From the NCBI GenBank assembly GCA_038207085.1, contig JBBRAE010000001.1, positions 160,001 through 224,000 of the forward strand: a stretch of DNA of 64,000 nucleotides, written 5' to 3'. Positions 30,442-38,337 of the stretch are shown one piece after another; within the stretch, counting starts at the first letter, position 1, and every line of letters starts with the position of its first letter. The DNA comes from Armatimonadota bacterium. GTDB lineage: Bacteria; Armatimonadota; UBA5829; DTLH01. The position numbers and the translations under genes are program-made. The notes under the pieces are model-generated. The model had not been told where the DNA came from and ran no database searches. It saw only the letters and a list, made by a program, of their open reading frames with translations.

Positions 30442-33237
30442 ATGAGATTTAAAGTAGTTGCTTGCGGGGTCTTTGAGCCTTATCTTAGACGACTTTCAGA
30501 TGAAAGTTCACACGATATTGAGATCAAGACGCTGGACGCTGGGCTGCATTCTCGCCCAAACGACCTCAGGCTCCTCGTTCAATCAGAAATCGACGAAGCA
30601 TCTCGCTCGGGCGAGTTCGATGCGGTCATTCTTCTTTATGGCCTCTGCGGACGCGGTACGGCGGGCCTCGTTTCTCGGGACATTCCCGTTGTAATCCCTC
30701 GCGCGCACGATTGCATTACGCTCTTTCTTGGTTCATCGGAGGCGTATCTTCGCCAGTTTCACGCAAACCCCGGCACGTTTTACCACACGCTTGGATGGAT
30801 CGAGAAGAAGATCAACCCGAAGAACCGTGAAGCTTCAGAACTTTATCAGAACTATGAGCTCGATGGCTACGATCTTCACCCCGACTTCAAGGTCCTCGAA
30901 CAGAAATACGGCGCGGAAAACGCTGAGCATATCGTCGCCTTTCTTGAGCGGTGGAAGCAGCACTATACGCGAGCGGCTTACATCGACATGGGCTTTGAAG
31001 ACGAGGCTCGCTATGTAGAGTTTACCACCAGAATGGCCGAGATTCTTGGCTGGAAGCACGAGACGATAACCGGGGACTCCACACTTCTTCGAAGCCTGTT
31101 ATCAGGCGACTGGAGCGATTCACGCATCTTTGTGCTGCCGCCCGACAGCAGGTCGACAACTAGTGGCGACGAGAAGATCTTTGCGGCATCATCGATTGAC
31201 GGCGATGGTTCAGGGGCCGTGCTTTCTGACTCTGAGGTTATTATCGAGTCAGGAGCAAACGTATCAAGCTCGTCGGGAATCGGCCTTGGTATAGACGCCG
31301 GGGGCACCTATACTGACGCTGTCATCTACGATATCGGTGAGCGCAAACTTCTTGCCAAGGCGAAGTCGCTTACGACCTATCACGATCTCGTCGTCGGCAT
31401 CCGCGGCGCACTGAAGCAGCTTCCATCTGAACTTCTCAGTGATGTGCAGGTGACATCACTTTCGACTACCCTCGCGACCAATTCCATCGTCGAAGGCCGA
31501 GGACACAAGGTTGGGCTGATCGTCCTTACACCGTTCAAATGGACGCACGAGCACGTAGGGCACAGGCCGATGCTCCAGGTGCCGGGCTCCGTTGCGATCA
31601 CCGGAGAGATTATCGAGCCTCTTGATGAAGATGCCTGCCGCGCGGCGATCGAGAAGCTTGTTCTCTCGGAACACTGTGCGGCTATCGTCATCGCTGGCTA
31701 TGCGCTTGTGCGAAACCCGGAGCAGGCAAACCGCGTTCGCGAGATCGCAGAGGAGATGTTCGACCTCCCCGTCATCTGCGCACACGAGGTGAGCAGGCGG
31801 CTGAACTCCATCCACGCGGCGCAGACCGCTGTAGCCAACGCAAAACTGCTCCCAGTTATTCGCAGGCTTATGGACTCGGTGCATAAGGCGCTATCGGACT
31901 TCCGAGTGCCGGGCAAGCTTATGGTCGTAAAGGGTGACGGGACCCCTGTCGACGAATCGATCGCTAGAGCAAGGCCCGTTGAAACTATTCTCTCAGGGCC
32001 TGCGGCAAGCGTGAGCGGGGCTCGAATACTGACCGGCCTTGACGACGCTCTCGTGCTCGATATTGGAGGGACAACTACAGACTGCGCCGTGTTCGAAAAT
32101 GGTCGAGTAGCGGTTTCGGCGAAGGGTGCGAGGATAGGCAACTCTGTAATGGGTGTCGACGCTGCGGACATAACAACCGTTGGGCTTGGTGGAGACAGTC
32201 GAATTGCGTTTGCTCCCGACAGACGGATACATATTGGGCCGACCCGAAATATCCCACTGTCGTGCCTTGCCTCGCAGTATAAGTCAGTAGAAGAATTCCT
32301 CGATAACTTTAACATAGCAAGATACAAAGATTCAAGCGAAGCGCTCGCATTGGACGTTCTGGTGATTGGAAGTCCGGGCAGGATCGAGTTCACCGAACCC
32401 GAGAAATCACTCCTTGATCTCCTGAAGGAGGGGCCAGCACCGGCTATTGTTGCTGCAGAAAAGCTCGGGCTCGCATCCCCCAGCCTACTGCCGATATCTC
32501 GCCTTGAATCTCGCGGCATAGTAAAGCGTTCGGCGTTAACTCCTACCGATTTGCTCCACGTGGACGGCAGGTTCTCAAAGTGGAACCAAAAATCTGCCAA
32601 GCGCGCCCTTGAGATATTCGCGGCAATGTATGGTCGCCCAGCCGAAGAGCTTCTTCACACACTTCTATTGCAGGTAACACGCAGGATATTTGAAGAGGTG
32701 GTCAGGCGCGAGGTGTCTTATGAGAACCCCAAGCTCCACGAGCTTCCGGAGGACTGGAAGTTCCTGCTCGATAAAGCGTTCTTGGACGACGGCAAAGGGC
32801 TAGGAGTCGCCTTTGAACTCAGGCGACCGGTGATCGCTATCGGTGCACCTGCGCAAGCCCTTGTCCCGGAGATCAGCAAACACCTCCGATCCGAAATCAT
32901 CGTCCCTGAGCACGCTGACGTCGCAAACGCCATCGGCGCCATCGGAAGTGAGGTCGTAGTGCGGGAAGAGATCCTGATCAGACCGGGTGAGATGTCGAAC
33001 TATGTGCTGCATGGCACGGAAGAGCGAGTCGAGTTCTCCGAGCTTGAACGTGCTACGGAAAGAGCTGTTGAAATCGCGCGTGCACGTGCAAGAAAACTTG
33101 CCGTCGAAGCCGGGGCAAGATCACCGGAAGTCACAGTCTCTCGAATTGACCATCTAGGCACGATTTCCGACGGCGGCAAGATATTCATTGAGCGGAGAAT
33201 CACGGCAGTCGCTTCGGGTGGAGCATTTGGAGGGTAG
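30442..33237 (+). CDS. Fusion: N-terminal DUF1638-like domain plus hydantoinase/oxoprolinase A-type (ASKHA ATPase) domain
   Basis: N: VVACG, LDAGLH, LYGLCG, PRAHDCI..LG; C: GIDAGGTYTD, STTLATN, LSGPAAS, DIGGTTTD, GLGGDS, LTPTD, VANAIGA; start trimmed because the longer ORF overlaps tRNA-Leu. Confidence 0.82.
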   Translation: MRFKVVACGVFEPYLRRLSDESSHDIEIKTLDAGLHSRPNDLRLLVQSEIDEASRSGEFDAVILLYGLCGRGTAGLVSRDIPVVIPRAHDCITLFLGSSEAYLRQFHANPGTFYHTLGWIEKKINPKNREASELYQNYELDGYDLHPDFKVLEQKYGAENAEHIVAFLERWKQHYTRAAYIDMGFEDEARYVEFTTRMAEILGWKHETITGDSTLLRSLLSGDWSDSRIFVLPPDSRSTTSGDEKIFAASSIDGDGSGAVLSDSEVIIESGANVSSSSGIGLGIDAGGTYTDAVIYDIGERKLLAKAKSLTTYHDLVVGIRGALKQLPSELLSDVQVTSLSTTLATNSIVEGRGHKVGLIVLTPFKWTHEHVGHRPMLQVPGSVAITGEIIEPLDEDACRAAIEKLVLSEHCAAIVIAGYALVRNPEQANRVREIAEEMFDLPVICAHEVSRRLNSIHAAQTAVANAKLLPVIRRLMDSVHKALSDFRVPGKLMVVKGDGTPVDESIARARPVETILSGPAASVSGARILTGLDDALVLDIGGTTTDCAVFENGRVAVSAKGARIGNSVMGVDAADITTVGLGGDSRIAFAPDRRIHIGPTRNIPLSCLASQYKSVEEFLDNFNIARYKDSSEALALDVLVIGSPGRIEFTEPEKSLLDLLKEGPAPAIVAAEKLGLASPSLLPISRLESRGIVKRSALTPTDLLHVDGRFSKWNQKSAKRALEIFAAMYGRPAEELLHTLLLQVTRRIFEEVVRREVSYENPKLHELPEDWKFLLDKAFLDDGKGLGVAFELRRPVIAIGAPAQALVPEISKHLRSEIIVPEHADVANAIGAIGSEVVVREEILIRPGEMSNYVLHGTEERVEFSELERATERAVEIARARARKLAVEAGARSPEVTVSRIDHLGTISDGGKIFIERRITAVASGGAFGG

Positions 33238-33240
33238 TTG

Positions 33241-33282
33241 ACAGCTGACCAGACACTCTATATCTGGTCAGCTGTTTTGTTT
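33241..33282 (+). terminator. Intrinsic terminator
   Basis: ACAGCTGACCAGA-9 nt-TCTGGTCAGCTGT then TTTGTTT. Confidence 0.8.
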
Positions 33283-33295
33283 ACTATTCTTGATC

Positions 33296-35224
33296 TTACC
33301 AGGGGAATGCGTAGGTAGGTTCATTAACGAATCGCTCTGTAGCAGCATCAAGGGTAACAGTTGCGCCGGGGTCGAGCTTGACCACGAACGCCTTGCCGTT
33401 CACCTCGGAAGTCTGAAGGGAATCCTCACCATTCACGCAGGCATTGAACTTCACTGTCGTGAAGCTGTGCTCCCCGAATGCGCCACCCTGAACCACGACC
33501 TCGCGGGTGTCGATCGGGCTCAGGTTCACCAATTCGATCACCGTTCGGTTGTCCTCAAGCTTCTTCACAAGTGCCGCAACGTCGGCGGGAAGCCCCGGAC
33601 GCTTGCGCACGTTGTCGAAGTACCTCACGCGAGTCATCAAGAGGCCGCCGTTGTAGACTGGAATCGGGCCGCCGAGGGTGAGCTGGATCAAGCCTTCGAC
33701 GTTTACAGGGTTGCGACTCTGCAGATACGAGTCACTGAATGTCATCGGGGCCTGGGTGTCCTCGCGCATAAATGTCATCCTGTCGTAGGCCTGCCTCAGG
33801 GAATCGTTTAGTTTCTCCACGGGATAGCTCTCATATTCGCCCTGCAGATATGCGATCCACGGATACTCATGCCCGGACTGGTCTTTTTGCCGGACCTTGT
33901 AGAGCGAAAGATTGTTCCAGCCGTCCAGGTTCTCTCGACGAAGCTTTTTGATTCGCTCAAGATCATCAACGGCCATCGAGGCGCTCCAGAGGTGACCGCC
34001 GAAAGCCGGGTCCATGATCATATATTCGAACCAGCCGTCTTCCTGATACTGAGTCCCGTCCGCGTTCCGAAGCACGCTCAAGCGCTCCCAAGGGTCATAG
34101 TTGACGGTTTCAGGAGACCAATACTTGTGCGGAACGTAAAGCGCGTTATCTCCATGCTTGCCGCGTTTCATAAGCTCATCTATCTGTGAGCGGAACAAGC
34201 CCAGGTAGCTCGTGTCGTGCCCGAGCAGAGTCATGTTCTCGCTGGCTATTGCAAGCGCTGCGCCGATCGTTTCAAAGCCGTGCGGCCAGACCCAGCCGTA
34301 GTTACCGCCGAACCAGCGGCCTTCGTTGTATTCGCCGATCTTGCCGGAGAGCCCGATGTTGTCGGGAATGATGCCGCCGTTTTCTTTGGTGCGCTCTTCC
34401 CAAGCGACGAAGTAGTCTTTGATCCACGACTTATACTTCTGGTCGCCAGTGTAGAGAAAGGCGTTTGCCATCAAACTGGTAGATGCGAGGTTGACCGGGG
34501 TGTCGCCGAGCTTGTCGCGATCGTGTTTTGCCTTGCCGATTCGCTTCATCGCTTCGGGGTCGCTGTAGATCGCCGAGACACTCGTCGCACCATCGATGTC
34601 CCAAAAAGGCAGGCCGTAGCCTTCCTGGGTCCATGTGCCGTCGGTCGGGAAATGCTGCGGGCACGGGCCGGTGCTGCCGTTGTGAGGCGATTTGATAAGC
34701 TTTAGTTCGGTATCGAAGTTGTCGACTTCAGGGTCTTCGCCCATATAGAAACCGGCGTATCGCTTGGACCGCTCGATATTTTCCTGGTTGGTTGGGTCGG
34801 CGAGTCCGAGATGATAAAAGAAAGCGTATCCCTCGCCGTTGTGCATCCAGTCGTAGCCGGAGCAGAACTCCTTCTCGACCATCTTGTAGCCGTGGCCTGT
34901 CTCATAGTTCTCGAACTGCTTGGTGACGGCGTCATACTCTCGCAGCGAGAGGTCGAGCAGGTAGTCGTCGCCTCCGAGAATGTAGAACAGCGGCCAGTTG
35001 TGGAAGCTCTCGTATGCGTCGTCGAGGGCGTCAATTCCCTCGTGGGGTTTCGGACCTGGCGGCGGCCATTTGATAGAACCATCCGGGTTGACGTATTTCT
35101 CCACGATTGCCGGGACGGACTGGTTCATCACGTCAATCAGCTTTCTCTCCAGAATCGCCCACTGCGGTGCCTGGGCGAACGGAACGCTGGCGTGAATACA
35201 TGGTAGACTATTTTCTCTGCTCAC
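33296..35224 (-). CDS. Hypothetical cytoplasmic protein, aromatic/acidic-rich, possible helical-barrel carbohydrate-active enzyme
   Basis: Long ORF; GTG start after AGGAG; motifs DDAYESFHNWPL, YDWMHNGEG, GIIPDNIG, WFGGNYGWVWPHG, GAFGEH. Confidence 0.7.
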   Translation of the reverse strand: MSRENSLPCIHASVPFAQAPQWAILERKLIDVMNQSVPAIVEKYVNPDGSIKWPPPGPKPHEGIDALDDAYESFHNWPLFYILGGDDYLLDLSLREYDAVTKQFENYETGHGYKMVEKEFCSGYDWMHNGEGYAFFYHLGLADPTNQENIERSKRYAGFYMGEDPEVDNFDTELKLIKSPHNGSTGPCPQHFPTDGTWTQEGYGLPFWDIDGATSVSAIYSDPEAMKRIGKAKHDRDKLGDTPVNLASTSLMANAFLYTGDQKYKSWIKDYFVAWEERTKENGGIIPDNIGLSGKIGEYNEGRWFGGNYGWVWPHGFETIGAALAIASENMTLLGHDTSYLGLFRSQIDELMKRGKHGDNALYVPHKYWSPETVNYDPWERLSVLRNADGTQYQEDGWFEYMIMDPAFGGHLWSASMAVDDLERIKKLRRENLDGWNNLSLYKVRQKDQSGHEYPWIAYLQGEYESYPVEKLNDSLRQAYDRMTFMREDTQAPMTFSDSYLQSRNPVNVEGLIQLTLGGPIPVYNGGLLMTRVRYFDNVRKRPGLPADVAALVKKLEDNRTVIELVNLSPIDTREVVVQGGAFGEHSFTTVKFNACVNGEDSLQTSEVNGKAFVVKLDPGATVTLDAATERFVNEPTYAFPW

Positions 35225-35368
35225 AATGCAGCTCCTGATTCTTTGCGCCGGTAATGAGGCGCTTTTGGGGACCAGAATTGATCCGTCTACCTTCAGTGTT
35301 CTACCACAGAGGTCGAACATCCTCCGAAGATGAGGCTATTTTAGGAGATTTGTAGGAAATGGCAAGCG

Positions 35369-36304
35369 TCACTTTAGTGAGCCGGCGATTTTCTCAAGCT
35401 CCCGCTTGGCGATATCGCCGATGATAGTGTAAGTAATCGAGCCACGGTCGAACCTGAGCACCGTCGCCCACTTGCCGAGACCAGGCGGCTTCTGGCCCGA
35501 ATCGGAGCCCCGCTTGCGCTGGAATATGGATATTGTGTTCACTCCGTTGGTATACATCAGATGAGCCGCGTAGCCGGTCCCTATCTTGATCTTCCCCGTC
35601 TGCACGAGCACGTAGCCCTTTGGCACGTAACCAGGCTTCGTGACGGCAAAACCAAGGTCGCCTGAACTACCTGAACTTGATGAGAAAGCAGAAGCTTTCA
35701 CCTCAAAGGCCGACGACGGGATGTCCAGGGGCTCTATAGTGATCTGCTTGAACGCAGACACGCTGATGAGCGTGCCCGAGGAGTTGCGAAGCTCACTTCG
35801 GAGCGGCAAATAGCAGGACTTGTCGACCCAAACGGTCTCGCTCGGGTTCCCACGTTTCTTGGGGGTGAACTTGATGATGTAGGACGGTCTCCCGGCGATG
35901 ACCGCACTGCCGACAGACTCCACGTTGTAGTTCTTCAGCACAAGAGATATGGGCTCCGGCGCCGGATTCCACCGCGTGTGCTGCCACTCCCCGGTCGACG
36001 GCAGATAACGCCAGCTATCTCCGCCGCGATCTACCGTGACGATCCCGGAAAGGTCTGCAGGCGAGTAATAGTCGGCCCGTGTGCGGTCGGGTTTCTGGTG
36101 AGTCACCTTAAACTCCGCGCGCACGGTCTTCTTGCCTACCGATATGTCAGCGTATTTGATACCCCGGTAGCTGACGCTTCCCTCAGCCGCTTGACTCTTT
36201 GTGACGACGCCAAGGGCGTCGAGTGCAAAGACGGGAGCAACTGAAGAGAATGCCGCAAGCTGGGCGAGTCCTGCGGTCAGCGCCAGTAATCTCAGGTTCA
36301 TCAT
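35369..36304 (-). CDS. MucB/RseB-like extracytoplasmic regulator of the ECF sigma factor
   Basis: Signal peptide; SYRG.., AVIAGRP..WVDK..LPLRSEL, YVPKGY..YTNGVNTISIF..IIGDI; third gene of the sigma-antisigma operon. Confidence 0.8.
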   Translation of the reverse strand: MMNLRLLALTAGLAQLAAFSSVAPVFALDALGVVTKSQAAEGSVSYRGIKYADISVGKKTVRAEFKVTHQKPDRTRADYYSPADLSGIVTVDRGGDSWRYLPSTGEWQHTRWNPAPEPISLVLKNYNVESVGSAVIAGRPSYIIKFTPKKRGNPSETVWVDKSCYLPLRSELRNSSGTLISVSAFKQITIEPLDIPSSAFEVKASAFSSSSGSSGDLGFAVTKPGYVPKGYVLVQTGKIKIGTGYAAHLMYTNGVNTISIFQRKRGSDSGQKPPGLGKWATVLRFDRGSITYTIIGDIAKRELEKIAGSLK

Positions 36305-36314
36305 ACGTTCCTAA

Positions 36315-36824
36315 TTAGGGAGCACCCTGGTTATTATGTTGGAGTTGCGCTGCCGCGGCGATTGCAGCCGGGTCTGATAGCGCTTGCCTGCTGCGGAAAC
36401 TGGAGTATGCCTGCATATAGGCTTTATACTCAGCAGTCGACTCGGCAATGGCATCGCGTTTTGCCTCGGGCGTGTGGTCTTTCCCTGGGTGGGCCAGCAA
36501 CACAATTACCGACGCAGTCGCAACCGCGACGGGAACCGCGATTATCCGCCGTGCCGCAAACGTCGCAAGCCGCTCCAAGAGCCCTCGTCTGCGATACTGC
36601 TCTGCGACGATTCTCTCGGATACCCCACTCCACAGGTCATACGGAGCCTGGTTCCCCGAGAATCCCCCCAGCTTTCCGACAAGCTTTCTAGTCTGCTCCA
36701 CCTCTCTGCGGCAAGACTCACAGCCTGCCACATGAGATGCGACGAAGCTCTTATCGCGGTCGCCGAGGTTGTCGTCCACGTAGTCCGATATTAGTTTCCC
36801 TAGTCTCTCACAGTCTCTATTCAC
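36315..36824 (-). CDS. Zinc-binding (ZAS/zf-HC2) transmembrane anti-sigma factor
   Basis: LISDYVDD..HVAGCESC; single TM segment. Confidence 0.87.
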   Translation of the reverse strand: MNRDCERLGKLISDYVDDNLGDRDKSFVASHVAGCESCRREVEQTRKLVGKLGGFSGNQAPYDLWSGVSERIVAEQYRRRGLLERLATFAARRIIAVPVAVATASVIVLLAHPGKDHTPEAKRDAIAESTAEYKAYMQAYSSFRSRQALSDPAAIAAAAQLQHNNQGAP

Positions 36825-36835
36825 TTTAGATCATC

Positions 36836-37411
36836 TCACATTCGTTCCAAATACTCACCAAGCATTGCCCGGATCTCGCACCGGGCCCGAGACACTCTTG
36901 ATTTTACCGTACCTACTGGACACTTAAGTACGGCTGCTATCTCTTCCTGCGAAAGCCCCTCGATATCATGCAGAATTATTGCAGAGCGCAGCTTTTCAGA
37001 TAGCGACGAGATCGCTTCACCGAGGAGCCGCCTCTCTTCACTGTTCGCCAAGACGTGCACAGGGTCTGACGATCTTCCCGCCGATGGCTCAAAGCCGGCC
37101 TCGCGGTATCTGTCGTCATCCAAAGAATCCACGCGCACCGAAGGTTTCTTACGTAAGTGGTCAATCGCCGTGTTGACAGCTATGCGATACAACCACGTGT
37201 AAAACGCCGATTTACCATTGAACCTGGCGAGGCCGGAGTACGCTTTTACAAAGGTCTCCTGAGCGAGATCCGCCGCCTCGTCCACACTGTTCGTATAGTG
37301 AAGTATGGTGCTATAGATTCTGTCCTGATATTTCCGGACTAGTAGCCCGAATGCTTCGGCATTGCCTTGCTTAACCTGCTCGACAATCGCCTGGTCTGAA
37401 CTGCCCGTCAT
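36836..37411 (-). CDS. ECF RNA polymerase sigma factor, RpoE-like
   Basis: AADLAQETFVKAY, FYTWLYRIAVN, GLSQEEIA..CPVGTVKSRVSRAR. Confidence 0.93.
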   Translation of the reverse strand: MTGSSDQAIVEQVKQGNAEAFGLLVRKYQDRIYSTILHYTNSVDEAADLAQETFVKAYSGLARFNGKSAFYTWLYRIAVNTAIDHLRKKPSVRVDSLDDDRYREAGFEPSAGRSSDPVHVLANSEERRLLGEAISSLSEKLRSAIILHDIEGLSQEEIAAVLKCPVGTVKSRVSRARCEIRAMLGEYLERM

Positions 37412-37530
37412 TCTGTACCATTTCGTTAAGTATTGAACCCTCCTGCGCCTTTTGCCAATCCATTGGTCGGGACGCGCATAGCAGAGCTATTAGTAATACG
37501 ACAGTTCTTACCCAATTGCTTTCATGTTTT

Positions 37531-37557
37531 TTGACGCAGACGGGTTCCCTTCGTTCC
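37531..37557 (-). promoter_or_regulatory. ECF-type promoter (autoregulatory candidate)
   Basis: Minus strand GGAAC-16 nt-CGTCAA upstream of the ECF sigma gene. Confidence 0.6.
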
Positions 37558-37655
37558 ACACTGTTCCATTCAATAGAAATAAATGTGTACAGCCTTTCAT
37601 TTCGTCATCCCTCGCAGGTGTATGTAACGATTGTTGGCAGCGTCCATGCTAAGTT

Positions 37656-37759
37656 TGGAGTGTGGCGTGCGAGCGCCGCTTTTCTCATTCGGTAACAACA
37701 AGGCGCGTAAGCGGCAAATCGGATGATTTGTGATAGCGGTGCTTGCACACCACACTCCA
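37656..37759. repeat. Inverted doublet of GGAG-type REP-like palindromes
   Basis: TGGAGTGTGGCGTGCGAGCGCCGCT (37656-37680) versus reverse complement of 37735-37759, TGGAGTGTGGTGTGCAAGCACCGCT (22/25); each arm is itself GGAG plus a hairpin. Confidence 0.7.
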
Positions 37760-37849
37760 CATAAAGGCCGCTTGTCGCCGATGATTCTTATGTGCATCCA
37801 TTCGACGCAGGACGAACGCATCTTAGCTGTCGGGCAGTGCCGAACGCCC

Positions 37850-37994
37850 GTAGTGGCGGGTCGCCGCGCCCGCCATCAGCACCAAAGGTGCTGCGTCAAC
37901 TGTGTATTGCGCTCCAAATGAGCAACTCTACGAAATTCCATTGTTTGTTCGGCGCGTTCCGCGCCGATGGCCGCCGCGGCGGGACGGCCACTAC
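37850..37994. repeat. GTAG-REP doublet (REPIN-like), copy A
   Basis: GTAG-TGGCGGG..CCCGCCA ... TGGCCG..CGGCCA-CTAC; homologous copy at 55793-55914. Confidence 0.8.
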
Positions 37995-38109
37995 GTCGGT
38001 TGCCCGTCAAGATGCGTTAGCCCTGCCATTCCACGCTCGCGTGGTGCGTTCGCGGGAAATATCTGATATAATAGTGCTTGTTCAATAGCACACAGTCTTA
38101 TTTACATTA

Positions 38110-38155
38110 GCGCAAGGGAGCGTCGAGGGTGATCGTATACTCGACGCTCTTTTTT
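38110..38155 (+). promoter_or_regulatory. Leader terminator overlapped by an ANTAR-type hairpin upstream of glnA
   Basis: GCGC-AAGGGA-GCGT (hexaloop A1/G4) overlaps the 5' arm of GAGCGTCGAG/CTCGACGCTC plus T6; extended -10 TGATATAAT at 38064-38072. Confidence 0.7.
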
Positions 38156-38195
38156 GTGGCCGCCAGCAAGCCCTGAACGTCGGGGATACGCATGA

Positions 38196-38222
38196 TTAAC
38201 CTAATGGAAACATTCTGGAAAC
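38196..38222 (+). promoter_or_regulatory. GlnR (OmpR-family)-like box
   Basis: TTAAC-N6-GAAAC-N6-GAAAC, 11-bp period, upstream of glnA. Confidence 0.55.
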
Positions 38223-38337
38223 AATCATGCACGATAATAAGCGTGGCAAATTGAGACGTGCAGCGCCAATGACGACAGGTGCTAACCGATTGCGCTACGT
38301 GCGCCGTCGTATATGTATGATGAGAGGAGCGTCAAGC

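Noticed and set aside
37855..37885. GCGGG..CCCGC-CATCAGC-ACCA resembling a tRNA/tmRNA 3' end
   Set aside because: The loop is not TTCRA, there is no matching 5' acceptor strand, and it is explained by the REP hairpin; copy B lacks ACCA.
37600..38060. RNase P, SRP, 6S, OLE or raiA RNA
   Set aside because: I found none of their hallmark motifs (e.g. GAGGAAAGTCC, GGAAGGAAGCAG) on either strand by eye.
38245..38337. Glutamine (glnA) riboswitch
   Set aside because: No match to the known glnA/downstream-peptide core; kept only as an unexplained structure.
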